Positions 25,988 through 39,190 of a DNA stretch of 64,000 bases are shown piece by piece. Below the pieces are notes generated by a model. That model was not told the DNA's origin and searched no databases. It saw only the letters and a program-made list of their open reading frames with translations. Both the position numbers and the translations under genes were made by a program. The stretch comes from Octopus sinensis. Lineage: Eukaryota. Where the stretch lies: contig NC_043001.1 in the NCBI RefSeq assembly GCF_006345805.1, forward strand, positions 75,702,001-75,766,000, written 5' to 3'. Each line of letters begins with the position of its first letter. Positions within the stretch are counted from its first letter, which is position 1.

Positions 25988-26171
25988 GTATGTATGTACA
26001 ATATTGTGTGAGAGAGACAAGGATATGAAGAGAGAGAGTTAGACAAGGCTGTATGTACATCTGAGTGAATGGGTGTACACTTTAACATATTTTTGTTGCG
26101 CTAAGATGAATGAAGCTGTTTGTACGTTTACATATTCAATGTAATGAATCATATGTGCATTATGTGTTTGT

Positions 26172-26251
<80 letters not shown>

Positions 26252-26521
26252 GTGCGTGCGTGCGTTCATTTGTGATCATATTGATGCGATAGCTAGAGAG
26301 TATGAAACTGCAATATATGTTAGAAAAAGAATATGCGCTTGGGCGTGTGGGTATTCATAAACGTTGTCAATAGAGTGCGTATGCATATCTAACGGTTGTA
26401 GTTCTGTCTTCATCAATATTCACGACGTCATGGTTATCGTTATTAGGAATATCACTTTTAAAAAAACCTAATATTATGCATACCCGCATAAATACATACA
26501 TATATACATATATATGTATTT

Positions 26522-26556
<35 letters not shown>

Positions 26557-26680
26557 GATTCATACACATATTATGTATGTATATATACACACGCACATAT
26601 ATATGATACACTATGTATATATTTATACGTATCTATGTTTGTATCTCTCTTATATATATATGTGTGTATGTATATATATA

Positions 26681-26748
<68 letters not shown>

Positions 26749-27147
26749 TATGTATGTATGTATCTATGTATGTATGCATGTAAATTTATACTTACATATA
26801 TATACATTTATGAACATATATCTGCACGTACATAAGTGCATGTGTTATAATGTGTGTGTGCACGTGCGTGCGTGTGTGCGTGTGTGTGTGTACGTATGTA
26901 TATATGTAAGTATGTATATATGTAAGTATGTATGTATGTATGTATGTATGTATGTATGTACGTATGTATGTATGTATGCATGCATGTACGTATGCCAATT
27001 AATGTTACCATAGAGTTGGCGTTAGCTGAAACGATTGAACAAGAAAAACGAAAAATACTTCCTGGAAAATATTGATAGCTAATCTGATATTCAATGAGGT
27101 TACCAAAGTTAGAAATACTAGGAATAATGACAGCCGATAAGAAACTT

Positions 27148-27402
27148 TCAATGTAACTCAGGTGTGTACTGCCGACGATCGGATTCTGTATGTATAATAT
27201 ATAGAAGTATTGTTGTCGAGATTTTCGTACATATATATATGTATTGGATGTGAAACATTGGAGTTCCAAACTCTGCTTTATTGTGTCTTTCATGTTTATG
27301 GCTTATTATTCTTTTGTTTGTATATTATCTGAATTGATTTACCATTTGTAGGAAATAATGGTGTCGTTGCAGCCATTTCGACTCTGTGCCAATTCCCAGA
27401 TT
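27148..27402 (-). other. Candidate pair of small coding exons (27343-27402; 27148-27185)
   Basis: Pyrimidine tract + CAG, 60-nt exon, GTAAAT donor, 157-nt intron, CAG, 38-nt terminal exon; spliced peptide ESGNWHRVEMAATTPLFPTNESDRRQYTPELH*. No homology recognised. Confidence 0.2.
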
Positions 27403-29249
27403 CTGAAGTTGCCCAGGAAACGATGAATAGATGAATGATTGAAAGAATATAAGAAATGTAAAGTGTTACAACAACGTTACTAGCTAGTAATATCAGAGAA
27501 TTAATCTGCCTTAAATCATCTATTTCTTCCTTTAAAAAAAAGGACACAATGAGTGATGTAGTCCGAGATACAATATGTCGATGAAAGTAAAACAGACGGG
27601 ATGGTTACTGTTTCAAGTCCTTTGATTAAATATTTACTCAATCAGAGCCACCTTGGAGCTAAACAACAACGTAACTACAATAATAGCTAAATAATAGTTT
27701 TATCTTTTCAGGTTGATCTGTCAAACACATACTCTCTCCCTCCCTCCCTCTCTTTCACTCTCTTTCTTTTTTCTTTCTTTCTTCCTGTCTCTTGCATGAG
27801 TGATACAATAGTCAGCACTCCTCCAAATAATAACTTATTTTTACAAACATAAAACTAAATAGAAAAGGAATACAAACGTAACATCCTTTTTACGTAAAGT
27901 TTCCATATACTTCAATCCGTTTATCTATAGGGAAGCATCTACATATTGTTTATATTGGTTTTCGATACCATTTTTGCATTCATCTTGTATTTGCTGTTAT
28001 TGGTGCTGTTGCTTATATTTTTTGCTGTCAGTTCTAAGCCCATGTTTCAGCCTTTATCCAGTAATACTATAATCAAAGGAAATTCAAATATGACCATCCC
28101 ATCTGTCATAAATACATTCAAACATTGTATATGTTATGCTATGTATTTTTTCTTTCTGTTTCACATGGTGAGTTACGAGGAAGACCAGTAACTTAGATTA
28201 CTTTAATGTTCTTTTGAATGTACTTCTGGTCAATACCGACAGGAATAAGGAACAGGAAGATGATTCCAGAAGACGGATTGTTTCAGAGGATAACGGACAA
28301 CTTAATTAGAGTAAGAATTGGTTAGCATAGTGGTCATTGTGGGGCTGGGTATGTTCGCATCTAGGATGATAGCAAGTGGAGAGACAAATGGCCTGGCGCA
28401 TCTAAGTAATGGACATATGATACCAGCCAGATCGGAGGAACAGCAACCATTATAGTAGCAACAGAAGAAACAGAGAGATGGAAAAACGCCTTTGGGCCAA
28501 ATATTGGAATACGTGTCATCGTAAAGATGATAAGTTGAGATTTGAGTAGAATATGGTTGCGATTTTTGCTGGTCGAGTAACCACTTAGAGATACTCACAT
28601 CGGCTTGTTTGATCATGATGTTTTATTAGTAGAAGTAGTTTTATTTATCTTGTATATCTGTATTCTGTGTATCTTTACTCATTAATTTACATCTATTTTG
28701 TGGTTTTGTTAATGGAATTGTATAGTTTGTATGAAGCTTTTAACTACTTGAAATATCAATTGCAATGTTTCGTTATCCGATGCCCTTCCAGTGTAGATCG
28801 TCTAGACGGAATTTTCTAGCATCATCGATTCTTACAGAATTGCATGTTTAACGCCGTGGTTTACTGACTGAACCTCTCAACCTTCTTGCAAACAATAGAT
28901 GAAATTTGACGTCATTCCTGTTGAAAAGTAATGGGACACTCATTAAATTTATAGTGCAACTACAGCAAACATCAATGAAGTCTACGTCTACTCTCTTCAG
29001 TGGTATTGCATACTTACAATAGTAATCATGTAATGAATGGTTGCTGTCAAGATATGAACATTTCGGGTTAAGATACCAATTATTGATTCATAGTTTATAG
29101 ACCAGTATCCCTCTGAGTCAGTCACATGCACTCTGTAGTATATATATTATAAAAATATATTAGCAAGATGTGAAAATGTGTTTTCTTCGTTCCTTGTTTC
29201 TACCATTTTGAGTGGATATTGACGCGCGCACATATCTATTCGTACAAGC

Positions 29250-29307
<58 letters not shown>

Positions 29308-29308
<1 letters not shown>

Positions 29309-29603
29309 CTCTAAGTAATGTTGGCAAATGGAATTGGTATAAAAAATGAGTATTGTCAATTTAATTTTAAAATTCCATATGTGGCTGAAGATTGCTCTTC
29401 ATTTTAAAACTGGTGTAATACTTACATTGTTTAATTAGATGAAGTAGCATGAAACGATTGTACTACACTATCTTTGGATATCATTGTTGCTTATTTTGAT
29501 TATAATCACTCCATTTGATTTATATGGATAATACCATATCAAATCCTAATGCCTTTAACTTAAGTACCATATTCATCTGAATCTAAATTTTCCTGAACTT
29601 ATA
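29308..29603 (+). mobile_element. Hammerhead-bearing non-coding element inserted in (TA)n (copy 1 of 3)
   Basis: Shares ttgttgcttattttgattataatcac and taagtaccatattcatctgaatctaaatttt with 40902-41130 and 50885-51282. Confidence 0.8.
29380..29467 (+). ncRNA. Type-I hammerhead ribozyme with extended stem II
   Basis: TGTGG-CTGAAGA-[tgct/agca, cttcat/atgaag, tgtaa/ttaca hairpin]-GAAAC-GATT-GTA-CTACA: 5-bp stem I, intact core, GUA triplet. Confidence 0.75.
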
Positions 29604-29650
<47 letters not shown>

Positions 29651-29656
<6 letters not shown>

Positions 29657-30715
29657 GTCTGGGGAGAGTCTTTCTCTTTTAGTGCCTTATTATTTAACAC
29701 ACTCACCGATAAAGTTTCCACTTGTTTATTTATTTTTCCTAAAATTTTCGTTGCGTCTTGTTTTCAATCATTGTTGCAAGACGCAACGAACATTTTAGGG
29801 AAAATAAGTAACTGAGTGGAAACTAAACCGGTGAGTGTATTAAATAACAAGGCACTAAAAGAGAATGAGTCTCCACAGACACAACAGAATATGCTTCAAC
29901 ACACGAACCCACATAAAGAATCTTGCAAACTATATCCCAAAACGAAGTATATGTATATATATAAAAGAAGGAAGATGCACACATTTTTCATATACTTTTT
30001 AATATAATTTATAACTGAGAGAGTATTGTTTGTCGAAATTATGACATTGAAATTATTGGAATTTCGCATTTTCTTAAGAAAATTCTAGTCCATGTTGTGT
30101 ATGGAAGCTTGTAAATGAAATGAATCAACAGGCAGAAAAATCTAACGAGAGATAATTAGTGATTGATATTGTTTGGGATAAGGGCGGTCATTACTCATTG
30201 GGGGGGGATAAATATACAAAAACTCATAATGCTAAAGTAGTGAGATGAAATATTTACAGTCATGTGTATGTGAATATGAATGAAAATATATACTGAGATC
30301 AAAGATGGTTTTGCGTTCATATTTAGGTGTGCTCTGTATTTTTCGATAAATAAATTTTCTTTATTTAAACGTTCTTCTACAGAAATTCTTTCTTTGCATT
30401 ATTAGATGGGGAAAACTGAAGTTTAGTTCGATATTACCGGCACATCTCTATGTGTTCACTCAAAGTAATCTCTCTATACTGTGGTTAACGGATCTGTTCC
30501 TTATCTAGTGTGCTTCTCCATCTAAGTGCCATATTTGCCTGTCCTATACAGTTATGTCCACATCCTGAACAAGTTATCACAAATGTGGACGTCATAACTG
30601 TGGAGCATGCCCTAACCTGCAGGAAGGCTCAGAATTCCTATTCAAACAAGGAGATAGGTTCACAATTAAGACCAGTTTCACTTGTAACTCTGAGAATATT
30701 ATTTATGCGATAAAA
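29651..30715 (-). mobile_element. Neptune-type PLE 3' portion with terminal hairpin and 5' inversion
   Basis: Minus 30580-30310: VITCSGCGHNCIGQ..LSEHIE..KENLFIEKYRAHLN. Plus 30581-30715: KCGRHNCGACPNLQEG..FTCNSENIIYAI. ~110-bp IR 29651-29760 / 29777-29886. Confidence 0.85.
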
Positions 30716-31052
30716 AATATATTTAAAAATATCTTAAAACTGTGTGCATTTTTATTTTATTTTACATATATTTATTTCCACTACAACACACCACATGGGG
30801 TTAGCCGAAATTCTCCTCCTCCCTTTTTCTTACTATATATTTTTAATTTCCAAAAATAGTTAAGAGGGATATATAATCCTAGCGGTGCCGTGCTAGCACT
30901 AATCGGCTAAGATTGCTGACTAACCTCAGTAAATGTAGATGAAATCCAGTTATTTAAATTTACTATACCCGGTTGGGCCTCACTGTTATCGGTTATATAT
31001 ATATATATAATATATATATATATATAATATATATATTATATATATATATATA

Positions 31053-31330
31053 GCGAAGGTCTGGCTATGTAGTAAGTAGCTTGCTTACCAACCACATGGT
31101 TCCAGGTTCAGTCCCACTGCCTGGCACCTTGGGTAAGTGTCTTCTACTCTAGCCTCGGGCCGACCAATAGCTTGTGAGTGGATTTCGTAGATGGAAACGG
31201 AAAGAAGCCTGTTGTATGTGTGTATGTATGTGTGTGTGAATATGTTTCTGTGTCTGTATTTGTTCCCCCACCATCGCTTGACAACTGATGTTGGTGTGCT
31301 TACTCGACGTCCCTAACGGTTCGGCAAAGT
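31053..31330 (+). mobile_element. SINE family B
   Basis: Matches the family B head and core. Confidence 0.9.
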
Positions 31331-31419
31331 AGACCACTCGGCATTTTGTAAATCATTATCATCTTGTTTACGTCTGCTGGACATCGAATCATTTTAAGGC
31401 TGATTATCTCCTTTGCGAT

Positions 31420-31466
31420 CTTCTTCTTCTTCTTCTTCTTCTTCTTCTTCTTCTTCTTCTTCTTTT

Positions 31467-31498
<32 letters not shown>

Positions 31499-31505
31499 TT
31501 CTTCT

Positions 31506-31538
<33 letters not shown>

Positions 31539-31561
31539 CTTCTTCTTCTTCCTCTTCTTCT

Positions 31562-31593
<32 letters not shown>

Positions 31594-31636
31594 TTCTTCT
31601 TCTCCTTCTTCTTCTTCTTCTTCTTCTTCTTTTCTT

Positions 31637-31713
<77 letters not shown>

Positions 31714-31730
31714 CATTATTATTATTATCA
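31420..31730. repeat. (CTT)n-(ATT)n microsatellite
   Basis: Directly visible. Confidence 0.97.
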
Positions 31731-31789
31731 AGTTGAATCAAATTGTTTTCGTATTTCAAGCTTTAATTAACTGTCCAAACAAATTACAT

Positions 31790-32700
31790 ACGTAAAATGT
31801 TGTATCATCAGAATATATCCCACCATATTCCATTGGCTGTTACCATCGTTGTGTCAGAAGCTCAATTCCACGCTTATACAATTTGGCTGATTCAGATGCA
31901 AAACCTCCCTGGACCCGTTTTCAGCTTCATCCACTTTGTTGAACTTCCGTCCATACAGGAAATGAGCCATGACTCGGAAGCTCTGATGATGCAAAGTCTA
32001 GACGGTAAGTTGGGTGAGGCAGCATTTCCTCCCCATCAAGTTCCTCATCCCTGCCCTTGACCACTTTGGTAGTGTATATTGGGGCATTGTTATGTTGTAG
32101 GAGTCCACATCATCGGTTATCAGATACCGAGTAGTGGGCTTTTAAAGCATCATGTACTCGCTGCACTTGTTGAGCATAAAGGTTAGAGTTCACAGCATGA
32201 CCATCAGAGTCAAACTCAAATTCCACCAAATACAAAACATAACTGTCTGTTCAAACCGACCTCGTTTGACAATAGGTTTTGAAGCCTAGTTGGAACGAAG
32301 TCATTGATTTCTCTTATGAAGATTGCAAAATTCAATTTTCATCTCCAGTTACATTTCGATGCCAAAATCCAACATCTTGTGGCGTTTTCAGCAGCCGTTG
32401 CAACTGTTCATACGCCGTTGCGTTTGATCATTGGTTATTTCATGAGGAACTTCTCGAGAGCATCTGTTCACACGACCGAGCTTATGGACGTGTCAGTTGA
32501 TAGTGCTTCGTGAAAGACCAATTCTGCTGACAGTGTAAGCGTGCTTGTGTTTCGCTGTTGTTCATCCGTTTCAAGCAAAGCCTCATCTTTCACAACAAAA
32601 GGTCTCCTAGACCTTCATTTGTGCTTAATCCTTTTTACCACAGGTAGCATAAAATGGGTTTAATTGCATTTTTTTTACCACTCGTTTTCAAAAGTTTGAA
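31790..32700 (-). mobile_element. Degenerate mariner-type transposase remnant
   Basis: Minus strand LLQHNNAP (cf. LLHDNA) near 32080-32105 and an SPNL.PS.F-like motif near 31995-32025; many stops and indels. Confidence 0.6.
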
Positions 32701-32829
32701 GCAATAAATAACAACACCCCAGCCTCCCACAGAAGACTATCTAACAAAAATTTATTCCCATCAGTTCACTTCGAGGATAACCACTGGACGACCTTTGATG
32801 AAGCTGCACCGACAATATTGGAGGGTTGA

Positions 32830-34580
32830 ATTTACAAATGGGGTTATGGGGAGTGAGCTCGGAAAATACACACGATCAACCGTACAGAATCCGAGCAGTA
32901 AACCTCAACGCCCGGTCACAGAAGTGAAACAGAAATCGTCCAATACTTCCAGAGCAATGTATATTCAACAAATATTGAGAAAACAATGCGCGCTGACAAA
33001 CAGGGGCTCGGAATATACACACGACCAACCGTACAGAACCCGAGCTGTAAACCACAACACCCGGGCACAGAAGTGAAACCGAAATCGTCCAATACTTCTA
33101 ATGCAATGTATATTCAACAAATATTGAGAAAGAAATGCGCGCTAATAAACGGGAGTGTGAGGAGGGGTGTCAGAATATACACACTAACAACCGTACAGAA
33201 TTCGAGCAGTGAACCTTAACACCCGGTCACAGGAGTGAAACAGAAATCATCCAATACTTCTAAAGCAATGTATATTCAACAAATATTGAGCAGAAAATGC
33301 GCGCTTAGAAACGGGTGGGTGGGGAGAGGGCTCGGAAAATTCCCACGATCAACCGTACAGAATCGGAGCAGTAAACCTCAACACCCGTTCAATGGAGTGA
33401 AACAGAAATCGTTTAATACTTCTAATGCAATGTATATTCAACAAATATTGAGAAAGAAAAGCACGCTGACAATCGGGGGTGTGGAGTGGGGACTTGGAAT
33501 GTTCTCACAATCAACCGTACAGGATCCGAGCAGTAAAATTCAACACCCTTTCACAATAGTGAAAGACAAATCGACTAGTAATTCTATTACAATGTATATT
33601 CAACAAACTTTGAGTAAAAAATGCGCGCTAATAAACGGGGGTGTGAGAAGGGGGCTCGCAAAATACACGAGCAACCGAACAGAATCCGAGAAGTAAACCT
33701 CAGCACCCGGTCACAGAAGTGAAACAGAAATCGTCTAATTCTTCTAATGCAATGCATATTCAACAAATATTGAGAAAAATAGGCGCGCTGACAAGCGGGG
33801 GTTTGGGGAAGGGGCTTGGAAAATTCTCATGATCAACCGTACAGAATCCAAGAAGTAAACCTGAACACCCGGTCACAGGATTGAAACAGAAATCGTCTAA
33901 TACTTCTAATGCAATTTACATCAATAAATATATAGAAAGAAATGCGCGCTGACAAACGGGGATTTGGGGAAGGGGCTTGGAAATTTCCCACTATCAACCG
34001 TACAGAATCCGAGCAGTAAGCCTCAACACCCGGTCAGAGGAGTGAAACAGAAATCGTCCAATACTTCTAAAGCAATGTATATTCAACAAATATTGAGAAG
34101 AAAATGCGCGCTGATTAAACGGGGGTGTGAGTTGGGGCTGCGAAAAATCCGACGATCAACCTTACAGAATCCGAGCAGTAAACCTCAACACCCGGTCAGA
34201 GGAGTGAAACAGAAATCGTCTAATACTTATAATGCAATGTATATTCAACAAATATGTAGAAACAAATGCTCGCTGTGAAACGGGGGTGTGGGGAGGGGGC
34301 TCGGAAAATACCCACGATCAACCTTACAGAATCCGAGCAGTAAACCCCAACACCTGGTCACAGGAGTGAAACAGAAATCGTCTAATACTTCTAATGCAAT
34401 GTATCTTCAACAAATATTTAGAAAAATTGCGCGCTGACAAATGGGGTGGGTGGGGAGGGGTCTCGGATAACACACACGAACAACCGTACAGAGTCGGAGC
34501 AGTGAGCCTCAACACCCGGTCACAGGAGTGAAACAGGAATCGTCTTAAACTTCTAATGCAATGTATATTCAACAAATATT
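32830..34580. repeat. Tandem array of 11 ~161-bp units
   Basis: Anchor ccgtacagaatccgagcagtaaacctcaacacccggtcacag recurs at about 32880, 33029, 33191, 33353, 33515, 33675, 33837, 33997, 34160, 34322 and 34484. Confidence 0.97.
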
Positions 34581-34634
34581 TTTGGGTGACCAAACCACAC
34601 AACACACACACACACCCCACACACACACACACAC

Positions 34635-34688
<54 letters not shown>

Positions 34689-35343
34689 TACGACGGGCTT
34701 CTTAATGTTTGCGTCTACCAAACCCGCTCACAAGGCTTTTGGTGGCGCGATGCTATAGTAGAAGACACTTGACCAAGATACCACGCAGTGTGACTGAACC
34801 CGGAACCATGTGGTTGGTAAGGAAGCTCTTTACCACACAGTCACTCCACTCCTTTAATTTCTATACATTTCTCGAACACGTCCCCTCAAAACTCTCCCAC
34901 GCTGTTACCCCGAACACACTTCTCCTCAAAACTTATATTTTTTGTAACTTTCAAATAAAATGGAAAAAAAATCCTTAATTTCATATTGCTGTGGGAAAAA
35001 TACTCCGAAAGAAATCTTTCCAGAAATATGAGTAGATTGATTACACATTTCATTTCATTATGTTACCGCAGTTTTGTGAGATTTGGCTGTTATTTCTAGC
35101 ATGAAAATAGCTGGCTTGAGGCGTGGATATATATATGTATATATATATTTGAGAAATTGATGAGACAGTTTTGGTTCGGAGAAAATACAACCGATGGTAA
35201 GTACAGATTATTTTCATAATATTATTGATTGTAACAGAATACTTATTAATCGCAACTTCAAAATTTCAAATCCCCCCCCCCCCATTGCTTCAGTTTTCAC
35301 TTTTTGTTTGTAAAATTTCAATTTCTCAATATATATATGTATG

Positions 35344-35380
<37 letters not shown>

Positions 35381-37267
35381 CCCGCCTCAAGCCGGCTATT
35401 TTCATGCTAGAAATAACAGCCAAATCTCACAAATCTGCGGTAACATAATGAAATGAATTGTATAATCAATCTACTCACCTTTCTGCAAAGATTTCTTTCG
35501 GAGTATTTTTCCCACAGCAATATGAAATTAAGGGGTTTTTTTAAATTTTATTTGAAAGTTACAAAAAGATATATGAGTTTTGTCGAGAAGTGTGTTCGGG
35601 GAAACAGCCCTGGCGTGTTTTGAGGGGACGTGTTCGAGAAATGTTTAGAAATTAAAGGAGTGGAGTGGCTGGGTGGTAAGTAGCTTGCTTACAGATGGAC
35701 GTCTTTTGTTCGACTGCTTGATGTCACGTCTTTCGTCGTGAAATATTGAACTTTGAGGCTCAACTACAGGTAAGTGTTTGTTGTATTTTTTGAGGGCTTA
35801 GTGGAGTTTGTTGCCCTGTATTGAATATTTTTTGGTGAGCAACAATCTCCACTCTGCTCCAGACATTTGCCTGCCTGTGGTCGTGCATAAAGACTCACTT
35901 TGCAGTGAGAATTGTATTTTTTGAGGAGGCGTAGCCCCTACGCAAAACTTATCCGTCGGGGTCTGGGTGGCAGCGGAGCCAGGCTCTTGAATGTTAGAAT
36001 GCTTCCTGTGGCTAATTGGGTGGGGTAGAAAGCAATTTTGACCCTATGGACCCAATCAGCCAAAGATCTGGCCTTCCCAGATTTTCTAAAGATGGCCGGT
36101 TCTAGGTATCCGGTGACTCTTGAGGGACGCCCCCCCCCCACCAAGTGTCACCTGTGCCTGGAATCGGGTCAATTAGAGGAAGTGCCCCAACACCATGCAA
36201 AGGCACTGGAAAAACTAATAGAGGAGGATGTTGTTCCTCTAACGGATCCTCCTGGAGGTGTAGAAAAAGTCGAGGAGGAGGTAACCCCCTCGAAAGGAAA
36301 AAAAAGAAAGAAGGTGGACAACAATGGTTGCCCACCGATGGATCCCGTGGCGGCGGGAGGGAAGGAGGCATACGGACAAACCGGAGGAACCTCACTCTCC
36401 CGACGCGAAAAAGGGGAAAAAAGAAAAGAAAGAAAAACGGGGCATCGGCGGCATGTTCCGAAACCCCTTCGGTGGAACGTGAGCCACCGGAACGAGAGGC
36501 TCAGTCAGTGGGAATTGTGCCACTGACAGAGCCGGCTGAAGCCCCTCCCCGTGAAAAGAACGTGAAACCCGTCGTTTTCTACCTAAGCGAAGGGCCTGTC
36601 GAGAAGTGCTTCGACGGTCTTCTAGGCCGAGAACGATTGGACTCGGTTAGTATAGACTGCTCAGACTGGCCTCCGCAGGTGACTGCGGACGTCGTGAGTC
36701 AGAAGGAACTGTTCGAGGTCATGGTGACCTGTAATAAGGAAGATTTTGGTTTCCTCTTTCCGGGCCCCTACCTGCCGATGCAGGTTTTCCCGCAGGCGGC
36801 TTGGGATTTGCTTGGGGGCTCCGATGAGGAGGATTGATCTTATAGATTGTGTGTGTATTGAATATTTATTATATATAGTTGTAATGGACTATTAAGTCCA
36901 ATAATTGCTGTTTTTGATGGAAAAAAAAGAACAATGTTTTAGAGAAGCAGAAAATCGGCGGGCGTTTTCTGCTTTCTCTCATCAATATCATTCTTGTTTC
37001 ATCATTCACCTCATCAATGTATATGTCCTGCCCGCAAGCTACTCTTTGTAATGCCTTTATGGCAAATCTTAATGCAATAAAGTAGCTTCCTTACCAACCA
37101 CATGGTTCCCGGTTCAGTCCCACTGCGTGGTACCTTGGTCAAGTGTCTTCTACTATAGCCTCGGGCCAACAAAAGCCTTGTGAGTGGGTTTGGTAGACGG
37201 AAGCTTTAAGAAGCCCATCGTATATATGTATATAGGTATATATATATGTGTGTGTGTGTGTGTATGT

Positions 37268-37318
<51 letters not shown>

Positions 37319-37475
37319 TCCACCCAACAATATTTGTTGAATATACATTGCATTAGAAGTATTAGACGATTTCTGTTTCACTCCTGTGACCGGGTGTTGA
37401 GGTTTACTGCGCGGATTCTGTACGGTTGATCGTGGGAATTTTCCGAGTCCCCACCCTTGTCAGCGCGCATTTTTT
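34420..37475. repeat. Large inverted duplication (left arm ~34420-35160; right arm ~35318-35692 plus 37095-37475)
   Basis: Each arm holds a satellite unit, a SINE B 5' half and ~280 bp of unique sequence (34851-35135 versus 35374-35660) in mirror order. Confidence 0.92.
35693..37079 (+). mobile_element. ORF1/gag-only L1/Tx1-like retroelement inserted in a SINE head
   Basis: TSD aagtagcttgcttac (35678-35692) / aagtagcttccttac (37080-37094); FPDFLKMAGSRYPVTLEGRPPPTKCHLCLESG resembles an ORF1 zinc knuckle; frame ends GGSDEED* at 36837; 3' AATAA; no RT. Confidence 0.75.
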
Positions 37476-37631
37476 GGGGTCATATTCCTATAATATACGA
37501 TGCATTACACCTGTTACACATTTTCGTTTCCATTTTCCTCACCGGGTGCGGATCTGGATATTAACCCAAAAAAGTTATATGTATATGTATTTATGTACGT
37601 GTATGTGAAAGATGATATGTGTGTGTGTGTA

Positions 37632-37668
<37 letters not shown>

Positions 37669-39133
37669 GAGAGGGAGGGAGAGAGAGGGAGAGAGAGAGA
37701 GGAGAGAGGAGATGAGTGAGTGTCACTGGCACTTACATGCAAAAAAGTACATGCATGACAACACACCTTCTCTCTCACACACTCACACACTCACACACAC
37801 GCACGTCCATTTCATAGACATGTACATACACCTTTCACTTTCTCCTCTCTTTCAATTTCTGCTCTCTTCAGAGCATAAAGAAATAATTTTTTTACGGAAA
37901 TTAACGAACAGTCATAAGGTCGACCAAAGATCGAGTTGACAACTTTACTGCTTCAAACGAAAGAATGCAATAAAATAACTTCTTTTCGCTCACACATATT
38001 CACGCACACACACACACTCTCTCTCCCTCTCTCTTTAGGTGAAACTTCTGTACAAATTATGTTATTTCTTGCTGTGTGCACGCGAAAATTACGGCTCAAA
38101 TCCAAATGAAATCACTATTTTCTATTCTGTGGTTCATGTTTGTAAGGACCGTGTTTAAAATCCTGGTCTTCAACATAAACTTAAAAAGTTCTCCCAGAAA
38201 TCCTGTCCTTTAACTTTTGTTTCCAGCATGTTCAAGGTAACATTTGTGCCCCTCCCCCTGATTTTGTTCCTAAATTTCTTCCGATTCCTACGTTTTCAGT
38301 ACAGGGAATTAGGATTTCGCCCAAAAGGAGAGACTGATTATTAAATTTAGCTCATGTATGTGCATATACGCGACGCGCTTCCATACATTTTCCGTCAAGT
38401 AATTCACTCCTGAACCATTAGTCGTTCTGAAACACAAACCCGACGAATGTGCCATGCAGTGGGATCTAACCCGAAAGCTCATGACTGCAAATCTATTTGT
38501 TAACCATGCAACCACAACCGCCCCTTGGGGAGTTAAAATATTCAAGATACAGCAGAGGATACTCTCAGGAAATATTTTTTCGTATACATCTGTATTGTTT
38601 AACTGAATGAGCATATAGATTCTCGCCAATAGTTATCCATGTAGAAGTTAGAGAAAAGTTATACAATTAAGCTATATTTACGGAATATACGTAATTGGGA
38701 AACATAAAAAACTTACTAAAAGATATATACGTAAGACATTTAGTATGCACCATGTTATTAAAATACAATCTTACATGTATCTGAGACAGGAACGACGTGA
38801 CGCTATATTACTTGATCGTAATTTACGTGATGAAGTAGATAAGCAGAACAATCCGATAAAATTCATTGGAGAATTATATTGTGCTTTAAGGAAGCGGTAC
38901 AAGCAGAAAATACTCGCACACACTTGTACATACACACACACACACACGTACGCACACACACATAGAAAGAAATAGTCATAGATACATATACGTATATATG
39001 AAGATAAACATATTGCCATATATATATATATTATATATATATATATATATCACATATGTGCATATGTATATGTGTATGTATATCTATATCCATGTATATA
39101 TATATATATTTATATATATACACATACACAACC

Positions 39134-39190
<57 letters not shown>

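Noticed and set aside
28302-28616. 104-aa Cys-containing ORF
   Set aside because: No recognisable domain or gene structure; the length is compatible with chance.
30915-30952. Additional hammerhead-like strings (also ~43470, ~51611)
   Set aside because: Core nucleotides and stem I are too degraded to support a call.
32830-34580. CRISPR-like array, coding repeat, or retrozyme array
   Set aside because: Whole units are homologous with no unique spacers; frame is not preserved between units; GAAAC..GTC occurs but I found no upstream CUGANGA closing a stem II.
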